Notes under the pieces: model-generated
What the model saw: the letters and a program-made list of their open reading frames with translations, nothing else
What the model was told of the DNA's origin: nothing
Databases searched by the model: none
Assembly (NCBI RefSeq): GCF_001194135.2
Contig: NC_068991.1
Span: 50,958,703-50,999,077 of the forward strand
Origin: Octopus bimaculoides
Taxonomy: Eukaryota
Length of the DNA stretch: 40,375 nucleotides
Reading direction: 5' to 3'
Position numbers and translations under genes: made by a program
Shown: piece after piece, positions 1 through 11,096 of the stretch
Layout: each line of letters starts with the position of its first letter
Position numbering within the stretch: position 1 is the first letter of the stretch

Positions 1-232
1 GCACATAAAAGACACCATTTCGAGCGTGGCCGTTTTCGTGCGGGTGACACGTAAAAGCACCCACTACACTCTCTGAGTGGTTGGCGTTAGGAAGGGCATC
101 CAGCTGTAGAAACTCTGCCAAATCAGACTGGAGCCTGGTGTTGCCATCCGGTTTCACCAGTCCTCAGTCAAATCGTCCAACCCATGCTAGCATGGAAAGC
201 GGACGTTAAACGATGATGATGATGATGATGAT
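1..232 (+). mobile_element. 3' UTR and (GAT)n tail of an RTE-clade LINE family
   Basis: Ends in ccatgctagcatggaaagcggacgttaaacgatgatgat. The same UTR and tail are linked to RTE ORF C-termini at 7396-8456 and 18690-19340. Confidence 0.85.
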
Positions 233-705
233 GCATGTCCTCAGCAGTCATGGCCCATGTTTCACTGCCATGTAGCATGTTAGTTCACACACATGCATCA
301 TACAGTCTACCTTTCATCCTGAGCAAGAGGCCCTTAGTTGCCAGCAGAGTTCCCTGATCTTTGCTCAGGCTATTTGTATTCTAGCCGGTACACTCTCAGA
401 GCATCCACCCCCACTACAGACTTGGTCGCCTAGGTAGCGGAAGCTCTCAACAACTTCTAGTTTTTCCCCCTGGCATGTGATGGAACCTGTTTTCTGTATT
501 TCTTCAATGTTTATTGCCCCAGTGCATCGGCCAAACACAAAGACTATCTTCCCAGCTAACCTTCCTTTAATATTGCTGCACCTTTTATGTGTCCATAGTT
601 TACACTGAGTACATTTTATGGAGTTTCTACCAATGCCTTATCTACAGATCGAGCAGGGCTATTTACCTGAAGGGGTTTGTGATTTGCCAGCCTTCCTACT
701 TACTA
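233..705 (-). mobile_element. Decayed RTE LINE ORF fragment (RT C-terminal region with Cys/His finger)
   Basis: Manual minus-strand translation, with stops and one frameshift: ...PCSICR*GIGRNSIKCTQCKLWTHKRCSNIKGRL...KLEVVESFRYLGDQ...ARIQIA*AKIRE...KGRLYDACV*TNMLHGSETWAMTAEDM. This directly continues into the WAVTAEDMRKL sequence of the 8456 copy. Confidence 0.9.
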
Positions 706-1049
706 AATTTATATGTAGTATGGAATAAACAACATTCATTTATGGAAACGTTCTTAAAATTGATTTGATTTCTCTTCTCCTCAATTAAATTAATTATCAT
801 TCACTCTGTGAGTCTTATAACATGCCTACTAGATCATACCTTGGATATCGGATACGTGAAGTGCACCTTTTTATCATCTGTCGAAGTATAGCTGAACTTC
901 CTTTGGTTATTGGAATACTACGTTAGCAAGTTTCTCACATGAAGTGCTGATAAGCTGATCACCTGGATTGTACTTATCCCCTCAATTATCATCATCATCA
1001 TCATCGTCATCATCATCATTATTAGTATTATAGTTAATATTATTGTGAA

Positions 1050-1335
1050 GACACATGGTCTAGTGATTAGGGTGTTGCACTTACAATCGCAAGATCGTGG
1101 TTTCAATTCCTAGACTGGGTAGTGCTTTGTGTTCTTGAGCAAAGCACTTCATCTCATGTTGTTCTGCAATCACTTTGACACCTGATGCATGGTACACTGT
1201 GCACCTGTTCAGGCATCATCAATTTGAGGGAGGGAGTAAGCTAATGTGTGGCTTATACATTTGATTACTATAAAAAAATCACTTGTGCTGGTCATTTGGC
1301 AAAAGCTGAATACTCATATGGCGTCTTTGATGGGA
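1050..1335 (+). mobile_element. tRNA-derived SINE (family C)
   Basis: tggtctagtgattagg (A-box-like) and ggtttcaattcc (B-box-like), then gtgttcttgagcaaagcacttcatctcatgttgttctg. Related reverse copies lie near 19835-20078 and 39255-39465. Confidence 0.65.
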
Positions 1336-1541
1336 GAGTCCATTGTTATCATTAGATATATATAATAAAATCCTACACGATTAGGTGAAAAGTGCTTTAT
1401 ATGATTTATAAAACATGTGACATATTAATAAAAATCTGTAAATATACAACCATCCAGATTTCTGAGTACCTTAATTTTTTTCTATAATATAATTCCTGTA
1501 CATCACCTCCAAACCTTCCAATATATATATATATATATATA

Positions 1542-2533
1542 NNNNNNNNNNNNNNNNNNNNNNNNNNNNNNNNNNNNNNNNNNNNNNNNNNNNNNNNNNN
1601 NNNNNNNNNNNNNNNNNNNNNNNNNNNNNNNNNNNNNNNNNNNNNNNNNNNNNNNNNNNNNNNNNNNNNNNNNNNNNNNNNNNNNNNNNNNNNNNNNNNN
1701 NNNNNNNNNNNNNNNNNNNNNNNNNNNNNNNNNNNNNNNNNNNNNNNNNNNNNNNNNNNNNNNNNNNNNNNNNNNNNNNNNNNNNNNNNNNNNNNNNNNN
1801 NNNNNNNNNNNNNNNNNNNNNNNNNNNNNNNNNNNNNNNNNNNNNNNNNNNNNNNNNNNNNNNNNNNNNNNNNNNNNNNNNNNNNNNNNNNNNNNNNNNN
1901 NNNNNNNNNNNNNNNNNNNNNNNNNNNNNNNNNNNNNNNNNNNNNNNNNNNNNNNNNNNNNNNNNNNNNNNNNNNNNNNNNNNNNNNNNNNNNNNNNNNN
2001 NNNNNNNNNNNNNNNNNNNNNNNNNNNNNNNNNNNNNNNNNNNNNNNNNNNNNNNNNNNNNNNNNNNNNNNNNNNNNNNNNNNNNNNNNNNNNNNNNNNN
2101 NNNNNNNNNNNNNNNNNNNNNNNNNNNNNNNNNNNNNNNNNNNNNNNNNNNNNNNNNNNNNNNNNNNNNNNNNNNNNNNNNNNNNNNNNNNNNNNNNNNN
2201 NNNNNNNNNNNNNNNNNNNNNNNNNNNNNNNNNNNNNNNNNNNNNNNNNNNNNNNNNNNNNNNNNNNNNNNNNNNNNNNNNNNNNNNNNNNNNNNNNNNN
2301 NNNNNNNNNNNNNNNNNNNNNNNNNNNNNNNNNNNNNNNNNNNNNNNNNNNNNNNNNNNNNNNNNNNNNNNNNNNNNNNNNNNNNNNNNNNNNNNNNNNN
2401 NNNNNNNNNNNNNNNNNNNNNNNNNNNNNNNNNNNNNNNNNNNNNNNNNNNNNNNNNNNNNNNNNNNNNNNNNNNNNNNNNNNNNNNNNNNNNNNNNNNN
2501 NNNNNNNNNNNNNNNNNNNNNNNNNNNNNNNNN
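1542..2533. other. Assembly gap (others: 7710-8258, 10224-10970, 19026-19305, 38063-38841)
   Basis: Runs of N. Three gaps follow (TA)n arrays and two lie inside RTE copies. Confidence 1.
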
Positions 2534-3984
2534 TTGTGAAGTATGTTATTAAGCAGAGTTTTCCCTAATATGTTAAACTTTTGACATTAGTAATGATAAA
2601 TGGAATTTATCCCCATTTTCACAATTTTGTAATTGAAGAATTTGAAGTAATTTGTTTAAGAGTTGTTTCTTTTAGCTTTCTGCTGTAGAACACCATGTTT
2701 CTTAAGTACCCCACACACTAAATGAAACCTTTAAAATTCTTGAACCACCCACGTTTTCTGTAGCAATGTCACTCTAGTAAAATCCTGTATGTTTTAGTTA
2801 CTGTTTTAGAACAATATAACTGTTTCTCATTTTTTATTGTTTATTTGCAGTATTTATATATTTTTGTGTTTTGTGAATTCTTGGTAAATCTGTTACCATT
2901 GTAGCTGAGTTGTTTTAGGTAGGATTGTGTTTTTCTGTACAATGCACTTGCTACCCTGCCAACCAAAATAGGCAGCACACAGGAACAACAGCACCTTAAT
3001 CTCCAATAAGAGCAGTCATTTTGTCAAATAACAAAATTCTGGATGTTTTGGTAAAATGTTTTGAAAGTCTCAGCGTATTTGAAAGATATCGTTTTGGTTG
3101 CTTCCATATGTCAATGACCTAAGGAGTTCTCTTTTCTTTCCTTTTTTGTTTTTTTCCTTTTTTAGTGGATTTGAACTCATCATTTCTGGGTTCTGTCACA
3201 ATTATTTCGACTAACTAAACTGTTGCTAGAAAATGTTAAAAGATATTTGTGACAAACTGCTATCTCTAGCTACTAAGGTATAGAATATTGCAAACTACTT
3301 ATGACTTTCTCCCAGATTTAAAATCTTTTTAGAATATTTATTAAGCTTCTTTTCATTCCTGATAGAATTGTTGACATTTTATGAATTGAATCACAAATGA
3401 ATTCAAATATCCAATCTCTAGCAACATGGTTGTGGTGGTGGTAGTGGTAGGGAGGATGACAGTACTGTGATTTCTAAGGACATAACACCAAACATTTTGT
3501 GGAGAAGGCACAAATGATCATATAAACCACAGTATTTAACTGGTTCCTAATTTTAGAGACCCTGGAAGAATAAAAGAGTAGAATCAACCCAATGATAATT
3601 CCTAACTTTGGCACAGGGCTAAATATTTGTAAAGTGTGATTATATTAACCCCTGTAAATTGTTGGCACTTTTTACATTGACCTTGGAAGGATGAAAGGTG
3701 AAGTTAACCCTGGCACAGTTTTAAATTTGAAATATTCAGATCAAAGACTAAATACTATAAAATAATAACAATTTCACACATTGATACAAAGAAAAAAATA
3801 TTGTAGAAGATGAGGTTTAGTTTATTCAATTGATACTTTTATGGAAAACAATAAGAATGTTTATTTTAATGGCCTCAGAAGGATAAAGGGCAGAAACAGT
3901 TTTAGTAGGATTTGAATATATACTATAGTGAAACATGACTAAAAGCATGTAGCCTAGTGCTTTAATGTCTCTCTTTAATAATGA

Positions 3985-4475
3985 TTTCAAAATTCAGTAC
4001 AAGGCCAGCAATTTCAGGGGAGGGGATAAGTTGATTACATCAACCCCCGTATTCAACTGGTACTCATTTTATTGACCCCCATAAGGATGAAAAGGCAAAA
4101 TCGACTTTGGTAGAATTTGAAATCAGAACATGAAGACAGATGAATTGCTGCTAAGCATTTTTCCCAGCCTGCTAATGATTCTATCAGCTCTCAGCCTACT
4201 CCATTACCTTAATAATAATAATAATAATAATAATTATCCTTTCTACTATAGGCACAAGACCTGAAATTTGGTGGAGGGGGACTAGTCGATTACATCAACC
4301 CCAATGCCCAACTGGTACCAATTTTCATGGAATGATGTCTTACAGTATTTAGTTGGTACCAAAGTTGATCCCGGTGGAATTTGAACTCAGAACATAAAGA
4401 CAGATAAAATGCTACGAAGCATTGTTGCCCAGCATGCTAATGTTTCTGCCAGCTCACAACCTACTCTGTTACCTT
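3985..4475 (-). mobile_element. Two tandem copies of SINE family B (more decayed copies near 3500-3760, 12520-12870, 25575-25716; + strand copy near 19628-19800)
   Basis: Recurrent block ggcacaaggcc..aaattt..gggg..gattacatcaacccc..aactggtac..ttttattgacc..aaggatgaaaggcaaa.tcgac...gaatttgaactcagaac, usually adjoining (AAT)n. Confidence 0.75.
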
Positions 4476-4741
4476 AATAATAATAATTATATGACAGTGA
4501 TGATATAATAACTTTTAAAATGAGCAAAAAAGGCCAAAAATTTTGGATTGCAAGAATAGTTGATGAAATCATCCTCCAGAACTTGATACTTACTCATTTC
4601 ATTGATCCTGGCAAAGTAAGAACCGTAGAGAACCCCAGCAGGATTTCATATATAAATAGACTTATCTAAATACTGTAAGACATCATTCCATGAAAGTATG
4701 AGCAAAGCCCAGTAAATAGTGAACCAGACTTCCAAGTTTAG

Positions 4742-4882
4742 AACACAGCCAAGGCACCTAACACAGCCAAGGCACCTAACACAGCCAAGGCACCTAACAC
4801 AGCCAAGGCACCTAACACAGCCAAGGCACCTAACACAGCCAAGGCACCTAACACAGCCAAGGCACCTAACACAGTCAAGGCA
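4742..4882. repeat. 18-bp minisatellite (AACACAGCCAAGGCACCT) x7 plus a partial eighth unit
   Basis: Seven identical units read directly at 4742-4867. It explains the QPRHLT and LGALAV repeats in the ORF track. Confidence 0.97.
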
Positions 4883-5005
4883 GAAATTAGAAGCTGCAGT
4901 ATTTGGCAGTTTGGGGAAGGATAAAGTTTGGAGATTAATAGCACTGTGTATTATTAGAGTATTATGTGTGTGTGTGAGTCTATGTCTGCCTGCCTGCCTG
5001 TCTGA

Positions 5006-5006
<1 letters not shown>

Positions 5007-5084
<78 letters not shown>

Positions 5085-5270
5085 CCTACCTACTTACCTA
5101 CCTACCTACCTATCTATTTATCTACCTGCCTGTAAGTCTTTCTCTCCCTCTCTAATTTATCTATATCCATTTCTCTCTCTCTCTCTCTCTTTCCATATTT
5201 ATCTATTTACCTATTTATCTACCTACCTATGAGAGAAAGAGAGAAGAGGAGAGAACGAGGAAGAGAGGGA

Positions 5271-5305
<35 letters not shown>

Positions 5306-5315
5306 AAGAGAGAGT
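5007..5315. repeat. Compound microsatellite (CTAT)n / (CTAC)n / (CT)n / (GA)n
   Basis: Read directly from the sequence. Confidence 0.95.
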
Positions 5316-5678
5316 TATTTTCTTGCATAAGGAGTTTGTGTTACAAGATATTCCTCCCTATGGATGGTCATTATGTTGGACTCAGTGTAACAGAAGATAC
5401 TGTTGCTATCTTTAGACCAGAGCTGACTATGTTTGTACAAAAAGAAATGGTAATTGAGGAATACCAGCCTTGAACATGCTGGGACGAGAGAGAAATACTG
5501 GAGAGGAGATTACATGCTGTATACAAATATACCTTGCAGAATCTGATATCATTTTCTCCCAACTTCCCTATCTCTCACTTTCTCTTTCTCTCTTCCTGTG
5601 TGTATGTGTGTAAATATATACCATCATTCTCATCATCATTATCATCATCAACATTATCATCATCATCATCATCATCAT

Positions 5679-6045
5679 CCAGGTTCAGTCTCACTGCATG
5701 GAACCTTGAGCAAGTGTCTTCTACTATAAACTCTGGTTGACCAAAACCATGTGGATTTGGTAGACAATAACTGGAAGAATCCTGTCATATATATGTGTGT
5801 GTGTGTGCGTGCATGCGTGCGTGTGTGTTGTGTCTGTGTTTGTCCCTGCCACACCACTTGACAACTGGAGTTGGTGTATTTACTTCCTAATAACTTAGTG
5901 GGTCAGCAGTAAAGACTGATAGAATAAACACCAGACTTAAGAAAAAGAGAATCAGTCTGGGGTCAATTCATTTGATTAAAAATTCTCCAAGGCAGTGCTC
6001 CAGCATGACCACAGTCTAATGACTGAAACAAGTAAAAGATAAAAG
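5679..6045 (+). mobile_element. tRNA-derived SINE family A, 5'-truncated
   Basis: Shares body and tail (gcaagtgtcttctactata...gactgaaacaagtaaaaga) with the full copy at 6116-6508. Confidence 0.8.
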
Positions 6046-6115
6046 ATATATATGTATTAACTAGCTGGCCCTGTGCTGTCAAAAACAACAGCTAATTGTA
6101 GTATTTTATATATAA

Positions 6116-6508
6116 GTGCAGACGTGGCTGTGTGGTACGTAGCTTGTTTACCAACCACATGGTTCTGGGTTAAGTCTCACTGCGTGGCACTTTGGGCAAG
6201 TGTCTTCTACTATAGCCTCGGGCTGACCAAAGCCTTGTAATGGATTTGGTAAATGGAAAATGAAAGAAGCCCGTCGTATATATATATGTATATGTATGTA
6301 TGCGTATATGTTTGTGTGCCTGTGTTTGTTCCCCCAGCGTCACTTGACAACTGATGCTAGTGTGTTTACACCTTGCAGTTCAGCAAAATGGATGATATAT
6401 AAGTACTAGGCTTACAAAGAATAAGTCCTGGGGTCGATTTGCTCGACTTAAAGTGGTGCTCCAGCATGGCTACAGTCAAATGACTGAAACAAGTAAAAGA
6501 ATAGAAGA
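6116..6508 (+). mobile_element. tRNA-derived SINE family A, near full length, with internal (TA)/(TG) microsatellite
   Basis: Head gtggctgtgtggta...ggttctgggttaagtctcac; tail ggtgctccagcatggctacagtcaaatgactgaaacaagtaaaaga. Further copies lie near 8497-8652 (-), 9723-10085 (-), 12875-13062 (-), 27105-27452 (+), 31020-31215 (+), 34010-34382 (-) and 34940-35357 (-). Confidence 0.85.
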
Positions 6509-6936
6509 ATATATATATATATATATGGATCAAAACACTTTGATTCAAATTCTTTGGTACTCATGTAACTCCCAATAAACTGGTTGAGTGTCTTTTTTTC
6601 ATTTGTCCACTCACTTGTGCATATGTGTATATATATATATAGACACACACACACACACACATATATATGAAGTATAAGGAAAGGTAAAAATTGTTGGTGT
6701 AGACGATCTTTAATTCATAAATTTATAATCTGGGTTGGTACAGATCTAATATGAATTCTACAAATTGTTTCAGAGTCTAATTAATTCCAAAGACAAAAAC
6801 GAAAAACTCTTCTTGAAATAAAAATTACGTTTTGGGGGACATAAACACACCAACACTGATTGTCAAGTGTTGATGGTGGGGGGTACATATACAAACACAA
6901 AGATACACACACATAAATATAGGCATATATATATAT

Positions 6937-7366
6937 ATATATTATTTTATTTAAAAGAGTTCCAACTCTGTCTGTTTTTTATGTTTTATTTATATTCTTG
7001 TAAAATTAATGTGGGATATAGAATATGGAATATATAATATATAATTTAAAAATGGATGGTACAATGAAATGAAGTATTGAATGTCTTATTGAATATATGA
7101 AATATTGAGTGTTCAATATAAAGGATTAAATATATAAAGCCTTTATATATTTAATCCTTTATATTGAACACTCAATATTTCATATATTCAATAAGACATA
7201 TTCCATATATTCAATAAGACATTCAATACTTCATTTCATTGTACCATCCATTTTTATATTATATATTATGTATTCCATATTCTATATCCCACATTAATTT
7301 TACAAGAATATAAATAAAACATAAAAAACAGACAGAGTTGGAACTCTTTTAAATAAAATAATATAT
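6937..7366. repeat. Long palindrome: 203-bp and 226-bp arms around a 1-nt loop (C7140)
   Basis: The arms are reverse complements by eye with a few mismatches. The right arm carries an extra 23-bp tandem duplication. Confidence 0.93.
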
Positions 7367-7395
7367 TCCTCTATATTTATTTTCACTCATATATA

Positions 7396-8456
7396 TCATC
7401 ATCATCATCATCGTTTAACGTCCACTTTCCATGCTAGCATGGGTTGGACGATTTGACTGAGGACTGGTGCAACCGGATGGCTACACCAGGCTCCAATCTA
7501 ATTTGGCAGAGTTTCTACAGCTGGATGCCCTTCCTAACGCCAACCACTCAGAGAGTGTAGTGGGTGCTTTTACGTGTCACCCGCTTGAAAATGGCCACGC
7601 TCGAAATGGTGTCTTTTATGTGCCACCCGCACAAGAGCCAGTCCAGGGGCACTGGCAACGATCTCGCTCGAAAACCCTACAAGGCCAGTCAGGCGGTACT
7701 GGCAACGGTNNNNNNNNNNNNNNNNNNNNNNNNNNNNNNNNNNNNNNNNNNNNNNNNNNNNNNNNNNNNNNNNNNNNNNNNNNNNNNNNNNNNNNNNNNN
7801 NNNNNNNNNNNNNNNNNNNNNNNNNNNNNNNNNNNNNNNNNNNNNNNNNNNNNNNNNNNNNNNNNNNNNNNNNNNNNNNNNNNNNNNNNNNNNNNNNNNN
7901 NNNNNNNNNNNNNNNNNNNNNNNNNNNNNNNNNNNNNNNNNNNNNNNNNNNNNNNNNNNNNNNNNNNNNNNNNNNNNNNNNNNNNNNNNNNNNNNNNNNN
8001 NNNNNNNNNNNNNNNNNNNNNNNNNNNNNNNNNNNNNNNNNNNNNNNNNNNNNNNNNNNNNNNNNNNNNNNNNNNNNNNNNNNNNNNNNNNNNNNNNNNN
8101 NNNNNNNNNNNNNNNNNNNNNNNNNNNNNNNNNNNNNNNNNNNNNNNNNNNNNNNNNNNNNNNNNNNNNNNNNNNNNNNNNNNNNNNNNNNNNNNNNNNN
8201 NNNNNNNNNNNNNNNNNNNNNNNNNNNNNNNNNNNNNNNNNNNNNNNNNNNNNNNNNNATCCTCATTCATTCTCACCACATGTCCAAACCAGCGCAATCG
8301 TCTCTCTTGCACACCACTACTGATGCTTCTTATGTTCGGCTTTTCTCTCAAGATACTTACACTCTGACGGGTATGCACATTTACATTACACATCCAGCGG
8401 AGCATACTGGCTTCATTCCTTGCAAGCTTACGCATGTCCTCAGCAGTCACAGCCCA
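7396..8456 (-). mobile_element. 5'-truncated RTE LINE (ORF C-terminus, assembly gap, 3' UTR, (GAT)n tail)
   Basis: ORF track 7689..8543 (-) includes WAVTAEDMRKLARNEASMLRWMCNV...ERRLRWFGHVVRMNED. The UTR and tail match 1-232. Confidence 0.9.
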
Positions 8457-9576
8457 TATATATATAGATATATATATACATACATACATACATACATACA
8501 TACATACGAAGGGCTTCTTTCGGTTTCCGTCTCCCAAATCCACTCACAAGGCTTTGGTTGGCCCACGGTTATAGTAGAAGACACTTGCACTAGGTGCCAC
8601 TGAGGCCCAAACCATGTGGTTGAAAAACAAGCTTCTTAGCACGCAGTCATGCCCAGACCAATCTTTAGTCTAAAATACATTTAATATTTCAATATTACAA
8701 TCTTTGTCCTGCTTTTTAGATCTTGTATTATATCTCTTTTGATCTGTTGAATCTTGGATCTCTTATTTAATTATGTAAATTACTAATCCATAATAGTGCG
8801 TTTTGGGATTTCCCTTTAAAGTTGTTGTTCTTTCTTAACCACTCAATCCCGATCCATAAAAACTTGTGGATCAAAGTTGTTTAAGCCATGACTACCTTAT
8901 TTTAACCAGCCTGTTCTTCCTTTTTAAGATGGTAGGATGTGATTTTAGGGAGATTTAGCTACTCTTTGGAATAGGTATGGAAAACACAAAAACTCTCTTA
9001 ATAGTTCATTAATCTATATTTTGGATCTCTTCTTAAATTATAATGGAATTGTTTCTCAGAGACTAATCTTTAGTTCAGTGTCTCAACTAAGAGCAGTGTG
9101 GGTGGTAAAATTAATCTGTCAGCCAGTTGAACGCCACCACTTGAGGTCTTTTAGTGGAGTTGACTCTGCTGTAAGCATTCAAACCTGATCCCTCAGCAGA
9201 AGATAATTTGATTCTGAGTTGACTGTGTTGCAAAACCATGAGTCGTCTTAAAGTACAAAGATCAATAGGGTTCAATCTTTTTTTTATATGTGCCTACATA
9301 TGTATGTGTGTGCATGCATGTGTGTATGTGTATGTGTGTGTGTGTATATATATATGTGTGTGTGTATATATATATATATATATTTATACATATATGCATA
9401 AATATATATATATATATATATAGTACCGAGGAAACTATGTGTAGATGGAGAATTCTACGAGGTATAGTACAATGTATAGTACAATGCAAAATACCAAAAG
9501 GAACCTCACCCCTTATAGCTCACCTTTCTTCCTCCTTTAACGCCAATGTGATATAATTTCTTGGGAGAGAAATACT

Positions 9577-9649
9577 TTTTGCGGCTGAAGATAGCTTTGT
9601 ATTGTCAATTATACACTGATATAAAGCTTGAAACACGTGTACCGCAGAA
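9577..9649 (+). ncRNA. Type I hammerhead ribozyme fold (stem II base variant)
   Basis: Stem I ttttgcgg/ccgcagaa; core CUGAAGA 9585-9591; stem II agctttgtat/atataaagct; GAAA 9630-9633; palindromic stem III ACACGUGU; GUA triplet 9639-9641. U-U replaces the canonical G10.1-C11.1 pair. Confidence 0.8.
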
Positions 9650-9722
9650 TCCTTTGTGTTTTTGTTTTTATTTTTTGCATTTACAATTTATATATATAGA
9701 TAGATAGATAAATAATATAATA

Positions 9723-10085
9723 TATTTCTTTTATTTGTTTCAGTCATTTGACTGTGGCTATGCTGGAGCACCGCCTTTAGTTGAGCAAATCGACTCCAGT
9801 ACTTATTCTGTTGGTCTCTTTTGCCGAACCGCTAAGTTACGGGGACATAAACACACCAGCATCGGTTGTCAAGTGATGTTGGCGAGACAAACACAGACAT
9901 ACACACACGCACACAAATATATACAGTGGGCTTCTTTCAGTTTCTGTCTACCAGATCTACTCACAAGGCTTTGGTTGACCCGAGGCTATAGTAGAAGACA
10001 CTTGCCCAAGGTGCCACGTAGTGGGACTGACCTGGAATCATGTGGTTGGTAAGCAAGCTATTTACCACACACCCACTCCTGCACC
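9723..10085 (-). mobile_element. SINE family A, near full length
   Basis: Reverse complement of the 6116-6508 head, body and tail. Confidence 0.85.
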
Positions 10086-10176
10086 TATATATAATATAAT
10101 ATATAATATAATATATATACATGTAATATATAATATAATATATATATAATATAATATATATATGTAATATATAATA

Positions 10177-10223
<47 letters not shown>

Positions 10224-11033
10224 NNNNNNNNNNNNNNNNNNNNNNNNNNNNNNNNNNNNNNNNNNNNNNNNNNNNNNNNNNNNNNNNNNNNNNNNNNNNN
10301 NNNNNNNNNNNNNNNNNNNNNNNNNNNNNNNNNNNNNNNNNNNNNNNNNNNNNNNNNNNNNNNNNNNNNNNNNNNNNNNNNNNNNNNNNNNNNNNNNNNN
10401 NNNNNNNNNNNNNNNNNNNNNNNNNNNNNNNNNNNNNNNNNNNNNNNNNNNNNNNNNNNNNNNNNNNNNNNNNNNNNNNNNNNNNNNNNNNNNNNNNNNN
10501 NNNNNNNNNNNNNNNNNNNNNNNNNNNNNNNNNNNNNNNNNNNNNNNNNNNNNNNNNNNNNNNNNNNNNNNNNNNNNNNNNNNNNNNNNNNNNNNNNNNN
10601 NNNNNNNNNNNNNNNNNNNNNNNNNNNNNNNNNNNNNNNNNNNNNNNNNNNNNNNNNNNNNNNNNNNNNNNNNNNNNNNNNNNNNNNNNNNNNNNNNNNN
10701 NNNNNNNNNNNNNNNNNNNNNNNNNNNNNNNNNNNNNNNNNNNNNNNNNNNNNNNNNNNNNNNNNNNNNNNNNNNNNNNNNNNNNNNNNNNNNNNNNNNN
10801 NNNNNNNNNNNNNNNNNNNNNNNNNNNNNNNNNNNNNNNNNNNNNNNNNNNNNNNNNNNNNNNNNNNNNNNNNNNNNNNNNNNNNNNNNNNNNNNNNNNN
10901 NNNNNNNNNNNNNNNNNNNNNNNNNNNNNNNNNNNNNNNNNNNNNNNNNNNNNNNNNNNNNNNNNNNNNNTGTCGCATGGCCAAGGATTACCGTGAATTC
11001 TTTTTAGAGACACTTTCAAATTTATCAGAATAT

Positions 11034-11096
11034 TTGGGCTGAAGATTGGAATAGTGAAGTTCTCGTTCGCTTAACCATGAAACGATTCGTACCCAA
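11034..11096 (+). ncRNA. Type I hammerhead ribozyme fold (stem II base variant)
   Basis: Stem I ttggg/cccaa; CUGAAGA 11039-11045; interrupted stem II (tgg/cca and gtgaa/ttcgc); GAAA 11079-11082; stem III ACG-att-CGU; GUA triplet 11089-11091. U-U at 10.1/11.1. Confidence 0.7.

Noticed and set aside
4719-5135. 138-aa ORF with QPRHLT and LSIY repeats; the 18-bp array as a possible CRISPR
   Set aside because: The ORF is a translation of a minisatellite and a microsatellite. The repeat units are contiguous with no spacers, and the context is eukaryotic.
6116-6200. tRNA-like heads (also 1050 and 23526) as possible tRNA genes
   Set aside because: They continue into SINE bodies and tails and lack a complete cloverleaf.
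7467-11042. Long ORF-track entries of 216-378 aa (also 37935-38886)
   Set aside because: They are open only because they run through N gaps and (TA)n arrays.
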